A stretch of 64,000 nucleotides of DNA from a virus (Duplodnaviria; Caudoviricetes), in IMG/VR virus record IMGVR_UViG_3300021255_002777, positions 1 to 64,000 of that record. The stretch is one strand, 5' to 3'. The position numbers were made by a program, and so were the translations under genes. Below, piece after piece: positions 36,133-46,284 of this stretch. Position 1 is the first letter of the stretch, and each line of letters starts with the position of its first letter. Below the pieces are notes generated by a model that ran no database searches, was not told the origin of the DNA, and worked only from the letters and a program-made list of their open reading frames with translations.

Positions 36133-39100
36133 TTATATAAAATACGTTACTATAATGTCGTGTAAAATATGTCTGTACTTACTGAGTTCTGGAGTCAGCT
36201 CGAGTTTAATGTGGCACCATGTGTCACGAACACGATCACGTGTTTGTACCCAGTTGCCTTCAGCATCTTGCTCTTTAGCCCTCGGCATAGTGGTGTGCCA
36301 TACCTTGAACTTCTTGCGCAGATTAACAGGTTTTGCTGGATTGTCAAGCTGCGGTGTATTGTTGTCAGGAGCATCACCATTGACTGCATTGAGTTCCATT
36401 TCAAAGCGTTGATAATGGTCATTGCCACTGAGATTGTCAAAAGTCACAAACGGTTTATAATCCCAACCATCATTGCGTTCCCAAGCATCAGCTCGCCATT
36501 CAAGGTTGTCGAATATCTTATCTGTGCCATAGTCGTTGCCTTGATTGTTACTGTTGCAGATAATCTCTACACTTGCTGAGTATTGCTTATTGTAGATGAA
36601 GCAGTGCTTGTTGATATTCTTTCTATGCAACCAGATGTGGTCAGTATACAACTTACCATTGTACAGATTGATGATTGATTCAGGCGTACTGCGATCAGGA
36701 GCAACAGTGAATACTGTATCATTTATTGCAAACATCGCTGTAGTGTTCTGATAATCATAGAAACTGGTAAACTCACCTGTCATTGTATCAAAGCACAAGC
36801 AAGTATCATTCCCGGTAAGGAAAAGTTCACCAGTCGTTTTATCGGAATGCATGAACAGTCCTTGCCATTCACCTGGATGCCATATTATACCAAGGTCACT
36901 TCGGTTTATAAACCAAGTGTACATTCCTTTAGTAGTCGATACGGGTTGAATGCCGTCTGCCAACACGTTCATACTGTTTGTTCTTGCATCAACCCAATAG
37001 ATGCCTGTTGGTTGAACAGCAATACTCCACTTATTCTGACATCCAACTTCCGTGGTGTAGTAACGCAGTCCTTGCATTCTTCCGCTGTTAGCAAGCTCAA
37101 ACGGAAGCCCATCTGCTGCTTGCATTTGAGATGTTTCATTAAACAGTATCTGAGCAATGCCACTATCCTGGAAGGCTACTAACTGCGTATCAAGTCTGAC
37201 TATACGGTTAAGTGAACCTTTATTGCCATCACAGTTATACGTAGAAGCAAGTGTCAGTCTTGTCCACTCATCACGGAGTGCGCCAGCAACTTTGTTCAGT
37301 GTCCAAGTAAAGCTGTATTCAAACACATCCAACTGTACTTTCTTTCTATTGATAGTGTGATAAGTAAAGAAGTTATCTTGCTGAGAATACACACGGTTCA
37401 GTTGGTTAAAGTTTGTTGGTCTGACATGATTGTTGTCACTCAGCCCGCGGTTCTTATCATACCTACCATCAATATTGATATGCGTTTCGGTCATGAAGGA
37501 CACAATGTCGATTACCTTGTTTTGGTCTTCTTCTGTAAACGGATAAGTCCTTAACGCGTCATATCTTTGGTAGTAGGTATCGCCAGCACTCCATTCAAGA
37601 GTTGCTGCATTGTCTGACTTAAGATACACAGCCTCGCCAGCAGGGAGCCACAGGTTCTGCTCAATAGCTTCTTCCGTAGTTCCACCAAATCTGTTGACAA
37701 CGGTATCTCTATACAGTTGCCCCAGGTAAAGATAGCCACACAGGTTGTCTACATAATTGTCAAGTGTAATCTGACCGCTGAAGAACTTAGTATAATTAAA
37801 ACTACAACTGCCGTAGCTATAAGTTGATAATGTGACTTCCCCAGCATCGAATACATCATTTGAGTTGAACAGGTCGACAGCCTTGAATTTATCAGCACTT
37901 TTGTCCCAGAATGGGTAGCCAGTATTTACCGAGGAATGATTGTATTGCACGTATCTGTCAAGACAACTCTGTACTTTATCATTGCCCTCTTTTATATAAT
38001 CAAGTGCAACAACAATGTGATTACCAGACTTGTACTTGATAGGCACAGATGACATGGTTCTGTCAGCACCTTTCTTAAGGTCAGGAAGTTCAACCATCAA
38101 AGATATGCCTGTACCCGCAATATAGGAACTCATTGCTGATCCGTTGATTGTGCTTGCTGCACTAAGCGGTATGTATGGCGTAGAGAAAGCATACTTATTA
38201 GGATAGTCATCTTCACCATGTTGTATCGAATGTTGCGCATACGGAATGAAGGTAACCATCTTAGGATATCCGCCATAGCGTGTAAGCGGATACTTGAATG
38301 CATCAGTGACTGCAGTCTCGCTGTCACCGTTAACATCAGTGACAAATCCGCTTATTGGCGTTATCAACTTATCGACACTGCCGAAGTAGTGAAGAGAGCC
38401 AAGTTCACTGTTATCAGGCTCAGTTATGTTGGTAAGAGATACTTGCTGTTCATCAAGTACAGTCTTTGCTTTTACACTGATGTCATTAGCAACACTGAGA
38501 TTCTTAATGTAGCAAGTCCTCCAACTGTAGTGCAGGTTCGCAAGAACTTTGCTTTTAAGTTCTGCTGATATATAGTTATCACCAGTGTTGTTCTTGGATT
38601 CTTTCTTGTCTTCCTTTGTGTCAGTTGGATACGTCTTCCTCGAACCAATACTGTCATTGTTCAATGAGCCTTGACATTGCCACGGGTATACAGCAAACCC
38701 GACTGGAGTTGCAGCATCGTTCTTATATGACTTTACATCCTCAACGCTGTTCCACGAGATGTCATCAAACCATAACGGTGCATTGATAAGTGATTTCCAA
38801 CCTTGTCCAACATCAGTCATCTTCGATCCGACTATCTCGGAAGCATACAAGCCAGGAGCTATAACCATACCATTGTTCTCTTCTGTATAGAACTTGTTAG
38901 GTGGAGTACTGGTCATAATGTCATAGCTGGAAATAAATGAATTGATGGGTACAAGTCCAACAATACGCATCTTACAATCATCCAACTTGGTTGCCTGCAA
39001 AGCATCGTCGAAGTCTATATCCGCAGAGTTCATTGTGAATATACTCTGGTCAACGTAGAAGAAGTCTGGCACAGTGCTTGTAAACTTCTTACGCAGTTCA

Positions 39101-41712
39101 TCGGATGAGCCTGTATACGGGAACGTCAACGAATACTTCTGATTCTGTGTTCCTTGACGTTGCACACTTCTGAAGTTTGGTCTGCGGTTATACATTGTGG
39201 GCAACTCACCATTCCTCTGCTGGCTGTCACCAAGCGGATGATTATGTCGGAACTCTGCCCATGAGCCAAACCTGGTGAACTCATCAAAATCAAATCTTGA
39301 TTGGTGAGTACTTGCATCGTAAGACACAAACAGTCTCGGGTCTATCGCTATTGATGCAAGCATCTTGCCTGAGTCCATTCCTCCGTAAAAGTTGCCTGTG
39401 CCATTATCAAATTCAGGTGATGGGATTGTGTAGCCGTTTGTTGTATCCCAGATGTAGTTCCCATAAGCATCCTTGTTACTGGCACTCAATCCATCTAATG
39501 TGAGTGATGTTAAATCAATCGGAGAGAATGGTCTAAGGAACCATGAACTCTGTGCAAATGGCGCATTACTTGCCCTATCCTTCACGTTATACACAGTAGG
39601 ATTAAGCAGACCGCTAGTATAGATGTTGCGCTCCCAAGGTTTAGGGTATACAACAACAGGGCGCACCTTCCTGTATCCTTCTTTACGTAGTTTAGTGACT
39701 ACATTGGTGTTGAGGCTGAATGTGGCATGTACAGTGTTTAACATACCGCTCTGAAATGTAGGAAATACATCGGAGTTCGTGTAATCCCCAAGCCACCATA
39801 CATCACTCCACTTTCCTGTTTTATCTTGCGCTTGGAATCCGAACCTGTACTCCTCACCACGTTGGAATGATGTGATGTTGTATGAATCAGACTTTAACTG
39901 ATTCTCGTGGCTGTAGTATCCTGAGAACTTATCAGAGGATATATCAGATTTGTGAAGTACGAATTGTACAGACTCGTCTTGCTGACCAAACGGTATTGTG
40001 TTCTCCAGAACATCACGCAGATTGTGGAATTGCTGCTTCAGGTTACCAAGAAACAATGTGTTGCTCTTCTGTTCGAGTGTGTTCGGATAAACACTGATAC
40101 CACCAAGATACAACAACTCATTGGGGTCAACAACTTCGCCAGTAGTGTTGGTGTCTGTGAACACTATCGGCGGGTAAGTCCCGTCTGCGTTGGCAGTCGG
40201 TACAGGTATATCAGCAACCCTACGTACTGCTACTTCTGCGTCAAATGAAGTGTGTACTATGTGGTATAGCCTGATGTAGTCAAACCGACCATCAGGTTCA
40301 TACTTCTTTATTGTGAGCGTAAAGGAGTTTGCACAGTTCTCACCAGGAGCACCACCACGGTCATCTGGCGAGGAGTAGTGAATAGGACTAATCCATGCGA
40401 TGTTGCTTTCTGCACCATAACGTTTCATGTAAGTGAAAGCCCACTGCACAGTACCGCTAGGGAACATTCCGCCTGTGCTGTTACGCTCAATGGTTACACG
40501 TTCTTGCAGATGCAGGATAGGAACAGAGTCAAACAGAAGATTAGATGTCCACGGTTTATCACCGTTCTTGTCTGCAATGTTCGCATAACGCATCGGATGG
40601 ATACCGTCAACCCAGTATATCTTTTTTATCTTCTCGTTTTCGAAGTATACAGTACTTTCAATGGGATACTCAGTACTGAATCCAAGATTGCCACGGAAGT
40701 ATTCAAACACGTTGGCAATAATATCATTGTTACCTTCGACAACGCGATTACTCTTCTCAGCTGTGATTAGGTAGATGTGGTCACAAACCTTGTCTTGCTT
40801 ATCCTCATCGTAGTCACAGATTACTGTGTTATCATCTGGGTCAGGAGTCGGATCAGGTGTCGGTGTTTCGCCACCGTCATCTTCTATAGAAGGAACGTGG
40901 ATATTTACATTAATATTTGCACCAATAAGCGAACTTGGAACGTTGTCACTGGTTTGTACAATGTCGGTAGAGGATAGTGCAACTGAACATGAGTAATCAA
41001 TAGGATTAGTCCTGTCGACACCATCAGGACGATGAAACCTGATATAGAATACGTATGGCTGCCGAGAGGATACAGCATAAGCATCTTTTCTGGATATTTT
41101 CAGGTTATACAAATCCTGCGCAGAATTAGGCTTCCTGATAGAGAAATTATCTGTACCAGAACCAAGCGTGATATCTATCGATTCATCATCGCCATTGTAG
41201 TTATTCGGGTCATAAGCCACACCGAAGAACTTTGTTATGGCTATAGTTATTAAAAGTTCTGTATTTGCTGTGGTAGTACTGAGTGATATATTACCGGCAA
41301 AGTAAGACTGAGTCACTCCATTGATGAGACAATCAAGCGAGCATAGCACTGGATGCAGAGTATTAGGCTTAGCGAATTTAGGCATGTGATCTTCGCTGGT
41401 CTCGTCAACCTTAATCAGTTCATCAGGGTTGATGTTGGTAATATAGTCAACGCCCTCTTCCTCATGTGTGAACAGCACGGCGGTTTCATTAATTGTGTTA
41501 AACCCGATTACCGTACCTTTAATGTTTACTATGTTTTGATCTTTGTCGCGTGCCTTCAGCGTACCCTCTTCATTGACAAGTGCCGTTAATGTGTTTGTGT
41601 CACTGTGCCTCAGCCTCATGTTCTGAAGATGGTAAGCGTGCTGTTTGTCAGCAGAAGAATCTGCAACATCCTTTTGCATTCCTAATATTTTATATAACGC
41701 TTGTTGTCTCAT
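36133..41712 (-). CDS. Tail muzzle / stabilization protein (beta-propeller type; gp44-like)
   Basis: N-terminal KI.GMQKD...AY..QNMRL, IYWVDGI..MRY.NI, FQRGEEYRFG.Q.QD..GKWS, WSAGDTYYQRYD.LRTYP and a C-terminal R.RDTW motif; synteny. Confidence 0.8.
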   Translation of the reverse strand: MRQQALYKILGMQKDVADSSADKQHAYHLQNMRLRHSDTNTLTALVNEEGTLKARDKDQNIVNIKGTVIGFNTINETAVLFTHEEEGVDYITNINPDELIKVDETSEDHMPKFAKPNTLHPVLCSLDCLINGVTQSYFAGNISLSTTTANTELLITIAITKFFGVAYDPNNYNGDDESIDITLGSGTDNFSIRKPNSAQDLYNLKISRKDAYAVSSRQPYVFYIRFHRPDGVDRTNPIDYSCSVALSSTDIVQTSDNVPSSLIGANINVNIHVPSIEDDGGETPTPDPTPDPDDNTVICDYDEDKQDKVCDHIYLITAEKSNRVVEGNNDIIANVFEYFRGNLGFSTEYPIESTVYFENEKIKKIYWVDGIHPMRYANIADKNGDKPWTSNLLFDSVPILHLQERVTIERNSTGGMFPSGTVQWAFTYMKRYGAESNIAWISPIHYSSPDDRGGAPGENCANSFTLTIKKYEPDGRFDYIRLYHIVHTSFDAEVAVRRVADIPVPTANADGTYPPIVFTDTNTTGEVVDPNELLYLGGISVYPNTLEQKSNTLFLGNLKQQFHNLRDVLENTIPFGQQDESVQFVLHKSDISSDKFSGYYSHENQLKSDSYNITSFQRGEEYRFGFQAQDKTGKWSDVWWLGDYTNSDVFPTFQSGMLNTVHATFSLNTNVVTKLRKEGYRKVRPVVVYPKPWERNIYTSGLLNPTVYNVKDRASNAPFAQSSWFLRPFSPIDLTSLTLDGLSASNKDAYGNYIWDTTNGYTIPSPEFDNGTGNFYGGMDSGKMLASIAIDPRLFVSYDASTHQSRFDFDEFTRFGSWAEFRHNHPLGDSQQRNGELPTMYNRRPNFRSVQRQGTQNQKYSLTFPYTGSSDELRKKFTSTVPDFFYVDQSIFTMNSADIDFDDALQATKLDDCKMRIVGLVPINSFISSYDIMTSTPPNKFYTEENNGMVIAPGLYASEIVGSKMTDVGQGWKSLINAPLWFDDISWNSVEDVKSYKNDAATPVGFAVYPWQCQGSLNNDSIGSRKTYPTDTKEDKKESKNNTGDNYISAELKSKVLANLHYSWRTCYIKNLSVANDISVKAKTVLDEQQVSLTNITEPDNSELGSLHYFGSVDKLITPISGFVTDVNGDSETAVTDAFKYPLTRYGGYPKMVTFIPYAQHSIQHGEDDYPNKYAFSTPYIPLSAASTINGSAMSSYIAGTGISLMVELPDLKKGADRTMSSVPIKYKSGNHIVVALDYIKEGNDKVQSCLDRYVQYNHSSVNTGYPFWDKSADKFKAVDLFNSNDVFDAGEVTLSTYSYGSCSFNYTKFFSGQITLDNYVDNLCGYLYLGQLYRDTVVNRFGGTTEEAIEQNLWLPAGEAVYLKSDNAATLEWSAGDTYYQRYDALRTYPFTEEDQNKVIDIVSFMTETHINIDGRYDKNRGLSDNNHVRPTNFNQLNRVYSQQDNFFTYHTINRKKVQLDVFEYSFTWTLNKVAGALRDEWTRLTLASTYNCDGNKGSLNRIVRLDTQLVAFQDSGIAQILFNETSQMQAADGLPFELANSGRMQGLRYYTTEVGCQNKWSIAVQPTGIYWVDARTNSMNVLADGIQPVSTTKGMYTWFINRSDLGIIWHPGEWQGLFMHSDKTTGELFLTGNDTCLCFDTMTGEFTSFYDYQNTTAMFAINDTVFTVAPDRSTPESIINLYNGKLYTDHIWLHRKNINKHCFIYNKQYSASVEIICNSNNQGNDYGTDKIFDNLEWRADAWERNDGWDYKPFVTFDNLSGNDHYQRFEMELNAVNGDAPDNNTPQLDNPAKPVNLRKKFKVWHTTMPRAKEQDAEGNWVQTRDRVRDTWCHIKLELTPELSKYRHILHDIIVTYFI

Positions 41713-41721
41713 TATTGTTTA

Positions 41722-42291
41722 TTAACTTGCCATAAGATTAAGTTTCTCTGGATAACCCGCCGTGATGTCATAGGCTTCGATGTCCTCCACATTGTCCATA
41801 GCCATCACCGCAGCCTTGTGTGCCTCGGTGACATTAAGAGCCTCCGCAGCATAGACCTCAAGTGCGTTAAGCATCTGCAACCATGCGCTTGTCGGGAAAG
41901 TGAACTGCTGACCTCCGAACCACTTTGTCACTGTCTCAGCACCAGTGGCTTGGTAAGCCTCTATGCTTATTCGTAACTGCTGCCTTGTAGGTGCATCCAA
42001 CCACATGGGGACACCACCAAGATAGAACTCATTGACGTTCTCACTTTCATCATATATGTCAATATCTGTAATCTTTCTATTCTTGGCTCGTTCCACCAGT
42101 TCTTCTTGTGTAGGTTCAATAACAGGTTCTTCCCACACGAGCCAACCAGCGGCAAGCATCATCTCCTCAGTTGGGTTGATTGTCGTTACAACTTCAACCT
42201 TGCCATCAACTTCTTCAGTGGTCTTCAGTACATTTCCAGTAAAGAAAACCTCTTCTCCGTTTATGATTTTATAATACTGTTTCATTATCAA
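41722..42291 (-). CDS. DUF4376-like tail fibre assembly/chaperone protein
   Basis: AKNRKITDIDIYDESENVNEFYL.G..MWLD...R...LE.YA....NVTEAHK..V...YD.T.GYPEKL. Confidence 0.75.
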   Translation of the reverse strand: MIMKQYYKIINGEEVFFTGNVLKTTEEVDGKVEVVTTINPTEEMMLAAGWLVWEEPVIEPTQEELVERAKNRKITDIDIYDESENVNEFYLGGVPMWLDAPTRQQLRISIEAYQATGAETVTKWFGGQQFTFPTSAWLQMLNALEVYAAEALNVTEAHKAAVMAMDNVEDIEAYDITAGYPEKLNLMAS

Positions 42292-43187
42292 CTAGGTATT
42301 GCTTGGATTCTACTTGCGTATGAACTCCAATTAGTCGCTGTTTTGTATGCATCAACGCTTTCCACTGGTACATAAATCGGTGCGTTGTTTGTATTGTTAA
42401 ACGCGTTTGACCCTAATGTCGGTGGTGTTGTTGCCTGTACTGTGATTTCTGTTAAGGTTTTCATATAACTGAAAGTGCCAGTTCCGATGCTAGTTACTCC
42501 ACTCGGGATAACGAGTGTAGTCAACACATTAGAACTAGAAGAAGAATTGTAACCACAATAATAAAAAGCATAACTACCGATTTTTGTAAGTGTGGATGGG
42601 AGTGTTACCTTACTTACATAGTAAGTCATTTCAAAAGCATCAAGTCCTATTTCTGTGATACCTTCAGGTATGTCTATAACCGCTCCTTTGGTGCTTGATA
42701 AAAAACAACAATAAGAAAAACAAGCATTCGGAATTTTGCCAATCCCTGATGGGATATTAAATGTCTTTAGAGACTTTTGGTACTGGAAAGCATTTGTCCC
42801 CAAACTTCTCAAAGAACTTGGTAACTGTACCGAAACAATGTTAGCTTCCCTTTCATTGGCTACAAGTTCAGCAGAAAACGCACGTTTTCCTATAGTAGTG
42901 ACTCCTTCTGGAATGACCACATTTTGTATACGTGTACGAGCAAATGCGTAATCACCGATGGTTGTTACTGTGCTTGGTATATCAAATTCGGTAAACATTC
43001 GGTTATCCACGAAGGCATATGGAGCAATCTGTGTTACTCCCGATGGCCAGTTAACTTTCTTGATATAATTCGCTCCAAAGTTTAAATCTGAGCCATTAGG
43101 CCACTTTACCTCAAATATGCACTGGTGATCACTATCACCACTGCTGGTGGTTGAAGTTAGTATTCTACGTCTAGTTAATTCACTCAT
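42288..43187 (-). CDS. BspA-type leucine-rich-repeat protein (putative receptor-binding or adhesion tip)
   Basis: Repeated IPxxVTxIGxxAF units and the C-terminal cap TPPTLGSNAF...IYVP.ESVDAYKTATNWSSYASRIQAI. N-terminus MSELTRRRIL. Confidence 0.85.
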   Translation of the reverse strand: MSELTRRRILTSTTSSGDSDHQCIFEVKWPNGSDLNFGANYIKKVNWPSGVTQIAPYAFVDNRMFTEFDIPSTVTTIGDYAFARTRIQNVVIPEGVTTIGKRAFSAELVANEREANIVSVQLPSSLRSLGTNAFQYQKSLKTFNIPSGIGKIPNACFSYCCFLSSTKGAVIDIPEGITEIGLDAFEMTYYVSKVTLPSTLTKIGSYAFYYCGYNSSSSSNVLTTLVIPSGVTSIGTGTFSYMKTLTEITVQATTPPTLGSNAFNNTNNAPIYVPVESVDAYKTATNWSSYASRIQAIPS

Positions 43188-43189
43188 AA

Positions 43190-46100
43190 TTAGTAATCTG
43201 TCATACTGCCAGTAACATCAATAAGATGAAACTCGCGTTGATAAATATTAAATTCATATGTATGATTCGCCAAAATTGGAGGATTATTGTCAGCAATGAG
43301 GACATTTGCGCGAATACTCAACGGCATATTATCCATCCCAGCAATAAATCTTCCTGATATTGGGACTTGGTTCATAAGATTCATATCTTGGGTACAAGTA
43401 AGATTTCTGGTCGAAACGGTTCCTTTTATAAGGAAACGTGGTAGACCACCATAACCTGTCAAGTCCCAAAATACACAAGGTGTGTACAGCGCGTGTACTT
43501 CTGTTAAGATACCACTCTGAGGTGCATAATAACCATAACCGTTATAAAAATAACATGTCTCATAAGTGTATTCAGAACTAGCCCATTTATCAACATTCTC
43601 AGAGTTGTTAAGCATGGTTATAACCTGATTGAATAATTTCTCTTCATGATTAACTGTTTCATGGTACACATGCCTTAAAGAAATAGAATATAACCAAGCT
43701 GTCTCATCAAGGCTCCCTAATGTGGTGTTTGGTACTTTCTTATAATGAACCAAATTCATTGTAAAATAAATATGGGTACCGAAAATTTGGTCGATTGAGT
43801 AAACTTGGGTACTGTCAAAAGTGAAATCACAAACTCTATCAACATCAAAACTTGTCATAGTTGCATTTGTGTATCTCATTGAGCACAAATATACCTTATT
43901 ATTCGCCAAGTCAAAAAATACAGGTTTTCCATATTCTTCATTTATATCACCAAACCTGTCTGCCCATATTTTGCCAAGTTCTGTATTGGTCAGCGAATAT
44001 TCAGCTCCACGAGTATAGATTTCAGTTAAATAACCCGCAAGCGCTGTTGGTCTACCGCCTGGGTAGTCACTACAAGAGTCCACAAGAAACCAACTAGCAT
44101 ATGAGCCGTAGGGTAATTCAGGGTCACCGCTGCGCATTGTAGTATAATTTAACCAATCTTCATCTTCAAAGCGCTTCACCTTGTAAGTGTCAATATCTCC
44201 AGTACCTACAATACTTTCTCCGTTGATGGTTTTGAATTGAGGACCCACAGGTATCCATTCTTGGTCCCAGCGATACAGGTTGCCGGTCTGCTTGTCGATG
44301 TAGATGATGCCATAAACGGGTTCACCGAGGATAACTTCTCTTCCTACTCCATAAAGCAGGCTTAGCCTGGGTTTGCCGGTCACAGTATTCTGTACAACGA
44401 TGATATCCCCTAATTCTGCATCTTTGGTGGACAACGTGGGGTCTATGCTGTAGAGCAGCACACGGGGCCATTGGTTGGGGGTAAGAACCGATTGACCTAT
44501 AAGGTCCGCCTTATCACTTACATCAGTTATAACCGTACCCAAATTAATAATACCACTTGTACCCTTGCTTGCACCATTCATGGTTATGCCCGTGATAGTG
44601 CCAGTATTTGAGGTGAAGCCACTGTCATTAATCAACTGGCTAACCTTCGTAGGAATAGTAGGTGTTCCATCTAAGTCAGAATATCTATTTGTAACAGCAG
44701 CGGGCCCAACAGTACTTACAGGAGTAAGGTAGTTGTACATAACAACATAGAGAATGGTTCCTGATGCCACACTTCCATTTAATACACTACCACTAAATGT
44801 TCCATCTGATGGTATAGTAATTTGTCTAACATCATTAATTTCTCCATTTGTCGTACTTAAATCATAAGTTATACTGCCAAAATTAAATCTAAACGTATAA
44901 GATTGCGTAGCAGATTTTGCATAAATTGATACAAGAAATGTTCCAGATGTAAGATTAGGTATACAACCTGAGTTACCTTTCACAGTAAAATTACCACTAC
45001 CATTTACATCATTACGATACAATTTACCAGCAACTGAACCTACTTTAATATCATTAGGTATATGTGTATTACTGGGCAATGCACCTACATCACTAGCACT
45101 AAGAGTTAGGTTACTTGACAATGCCTTGCCATTAACAGTGCGGGTTGATGGAACATAATTGGCGAAGTCTTCTGCGAATGCAATAGTATGTTCGTTCCCG
45201 TCATCAGGAAAGTTCATTATTACCTTTGAACCGAACCAATAATCATCAGTGAAGGCTAAACTCAATATAGTATTTTCATCGCCTTCTAAATCAACAGCAA
45301 TCAATCCATCAAGTGTGGAGTCATAAACTTCTAATTTAGAAACTCCAAATTTCTCGTTAAGATCACCGTTCTTATTAGCCTTGTCCTCCAACGCGCTATA
45401 AATAGCACCACCTTGAACTGGGTTAGTACCATTCTGCGTGATAGTTGAATCAACAGTAACAGCAGTTGGGATAACAGGCTTATCTGTCAAGTCATTGTAA
45501 CTGCCACTTGTCGCAACAGCAGCAAGGTCTGCTTGTTGTATGGCAGTAGCACCCTTAGATGCCCCACTGCGGATAGTCGCCAAATCACTGATAGCATCCT
45601 GCTTGTCTTGCCAACTGTCTATAGCAATCAAATGGTAGTAAGTATTGTATATAAATGTCGCAGTGTCACCAGCCTTAATCACTCCTGACGTAATTGCAGC
45701 ATCCTTATTATAGATAGCCTTTGCACCCTTTGAGTTGATATTAAGAGTAGCATTTGCAGGAACGTCATAAAGGAACTTAACACTTACAATACCATTAGCG
45801 GTCAAAGCATAACTTCCCAAGGTGGCAGTAATGGTAGCGGAAGCAGCAGAGTTATTTTGTACAGCGTAACCTTGGCCTAGCGCAACATTGCTGTATGTGC
45901 TGTTATTATCTACACTGTGCCCCATAAACACCCAATAAGTGCCGTCATACACATAGTGCAAATACCTGTTGGCGTAACCAGCATAGGCACTCTTAGCGGA
46001 TGCCAATACCGCATTGTTGTACCATATTCTGATTGCACCAGTGCCATTAACATTCAACTGAGGTGTCGTGCTTGTAGAGGAATTGGTCGCCGTGAACTTG

Positions 46101-46282
46101 ACGACGATCTCAGTGCCTGCATACGGCTTATCATTCTCATCAACGGGAAAATCCTCCACCGTGCATACCTTTGGATTGGTTGCAGCAGCCGTAGAGCAAG
46201 TGCCTACATACACTCTTTGCCCTTTAGCAGGCTCAAGTTCGTAGGTATCGTTGTTGATGGATATGTTTCTCGCAATCGCCAT
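43190..46282 (-). CDS. Mosaic tail fibre protein (1030 aa)
   Basis: Two GTCSTAA...VKF...LNVNG.GA-type modules, the fibre repeats DSTITQNGTNPVQ, SYNDLTDKP and VSQLINDSGF, and a C-terminal HTYEFNI domain. Confidence 0.75.
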   Translation of the reverse strand: MAIARNISINNDTYELEPAKGQRVYVGTCSTAAATNPKVCTVEDFPVDENDKPYAGTEIVVKFTATNSSTSTTPQLNVNGTGAIRIWYNNAVLASAKSAYAGYANRYLHYVYDGTYWVFMGHSVDNNSTYSNVALGQGYAVQNNSAASATITATLGSYALTANGIVSVKFLYDVPANATLNINSKGAKAIYNKDAAITSGVIKAGDTATFIYNTYYHLIAIDSWQDKQDAISDLATIRSGASKGATAIQQADLAAVATSGSYNDLTDKPVIPTAVTVDSTITQNGTNPVQGGAIYSALEDKANKNGDLNEKFGVSKLEVYDSTLDGLIAVDLEGDENTILSLAFTDDYWFGSKVIMNFPDDGNEHTIAFAEDFANYVPSTRTVNGKALSSNLTLSASDVGALPSNTHIPNDIKVGSVAGKLYRNDVNGSGNFTVKGNSGCIPNLTSGTFLVSIYAKSATQSYTFRFNFGSITYDLSTTNGEINDVRQITIPSDGTFSGSVLNGSVASGTILYVVMYNYLTPVSTVGPAAVTNRYSDLDGTPTIPTKVSQLINDSGFTSNTGTITGITMNGASKGTSGIINLGTVITDVSDKADLIGQSVLTPNQWPRVLLYSIDPTLSTKDAELGDIIVVQNTVTGKPRLSLLYGVGREVILGEPVYGIIYIDKQTGNLYRWDQEWIPVGPQFKTINGESIVGTGDIDTYKVKRFEDEDWLNYTTMRSGDPELPYGSYASWFLVDSCSDYPGGRPTALAGYLTEIYTRGAEYSLTNTELGKIWADRFGDINEEYGKPVFFDLANNKVYLCSMRYTNATMTSFDVDRVCDFTFDSTQVYSIDQIFGTHIYFTMNLVHYKKVPNTTLGSLDETAWLYSISLRHVYHETVNHEEKLFNQVITMLNNSENVDKWASSEYTYETCYFYNGYGYYAPQSGILTEVHALYTPCVFWDLTGYGGLPRFLIKGTVSTRNLTCTQDMNLMNQVPISGRFIAGMDNMPLSIRANVLIADNNPPILANHTYEFNIYQREFHLIDVTGSMTDY

Positions 46283-46284
46283 AG

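Noticed and set aside
42288-46282. Diversity-generating retroelement targeting the LRR or fibre genes
   Set aside because: No reverse transcriptase in the window and no adenine-mismatched TR/VR repeat pair seen. One could still lie elsewhere in the genome.
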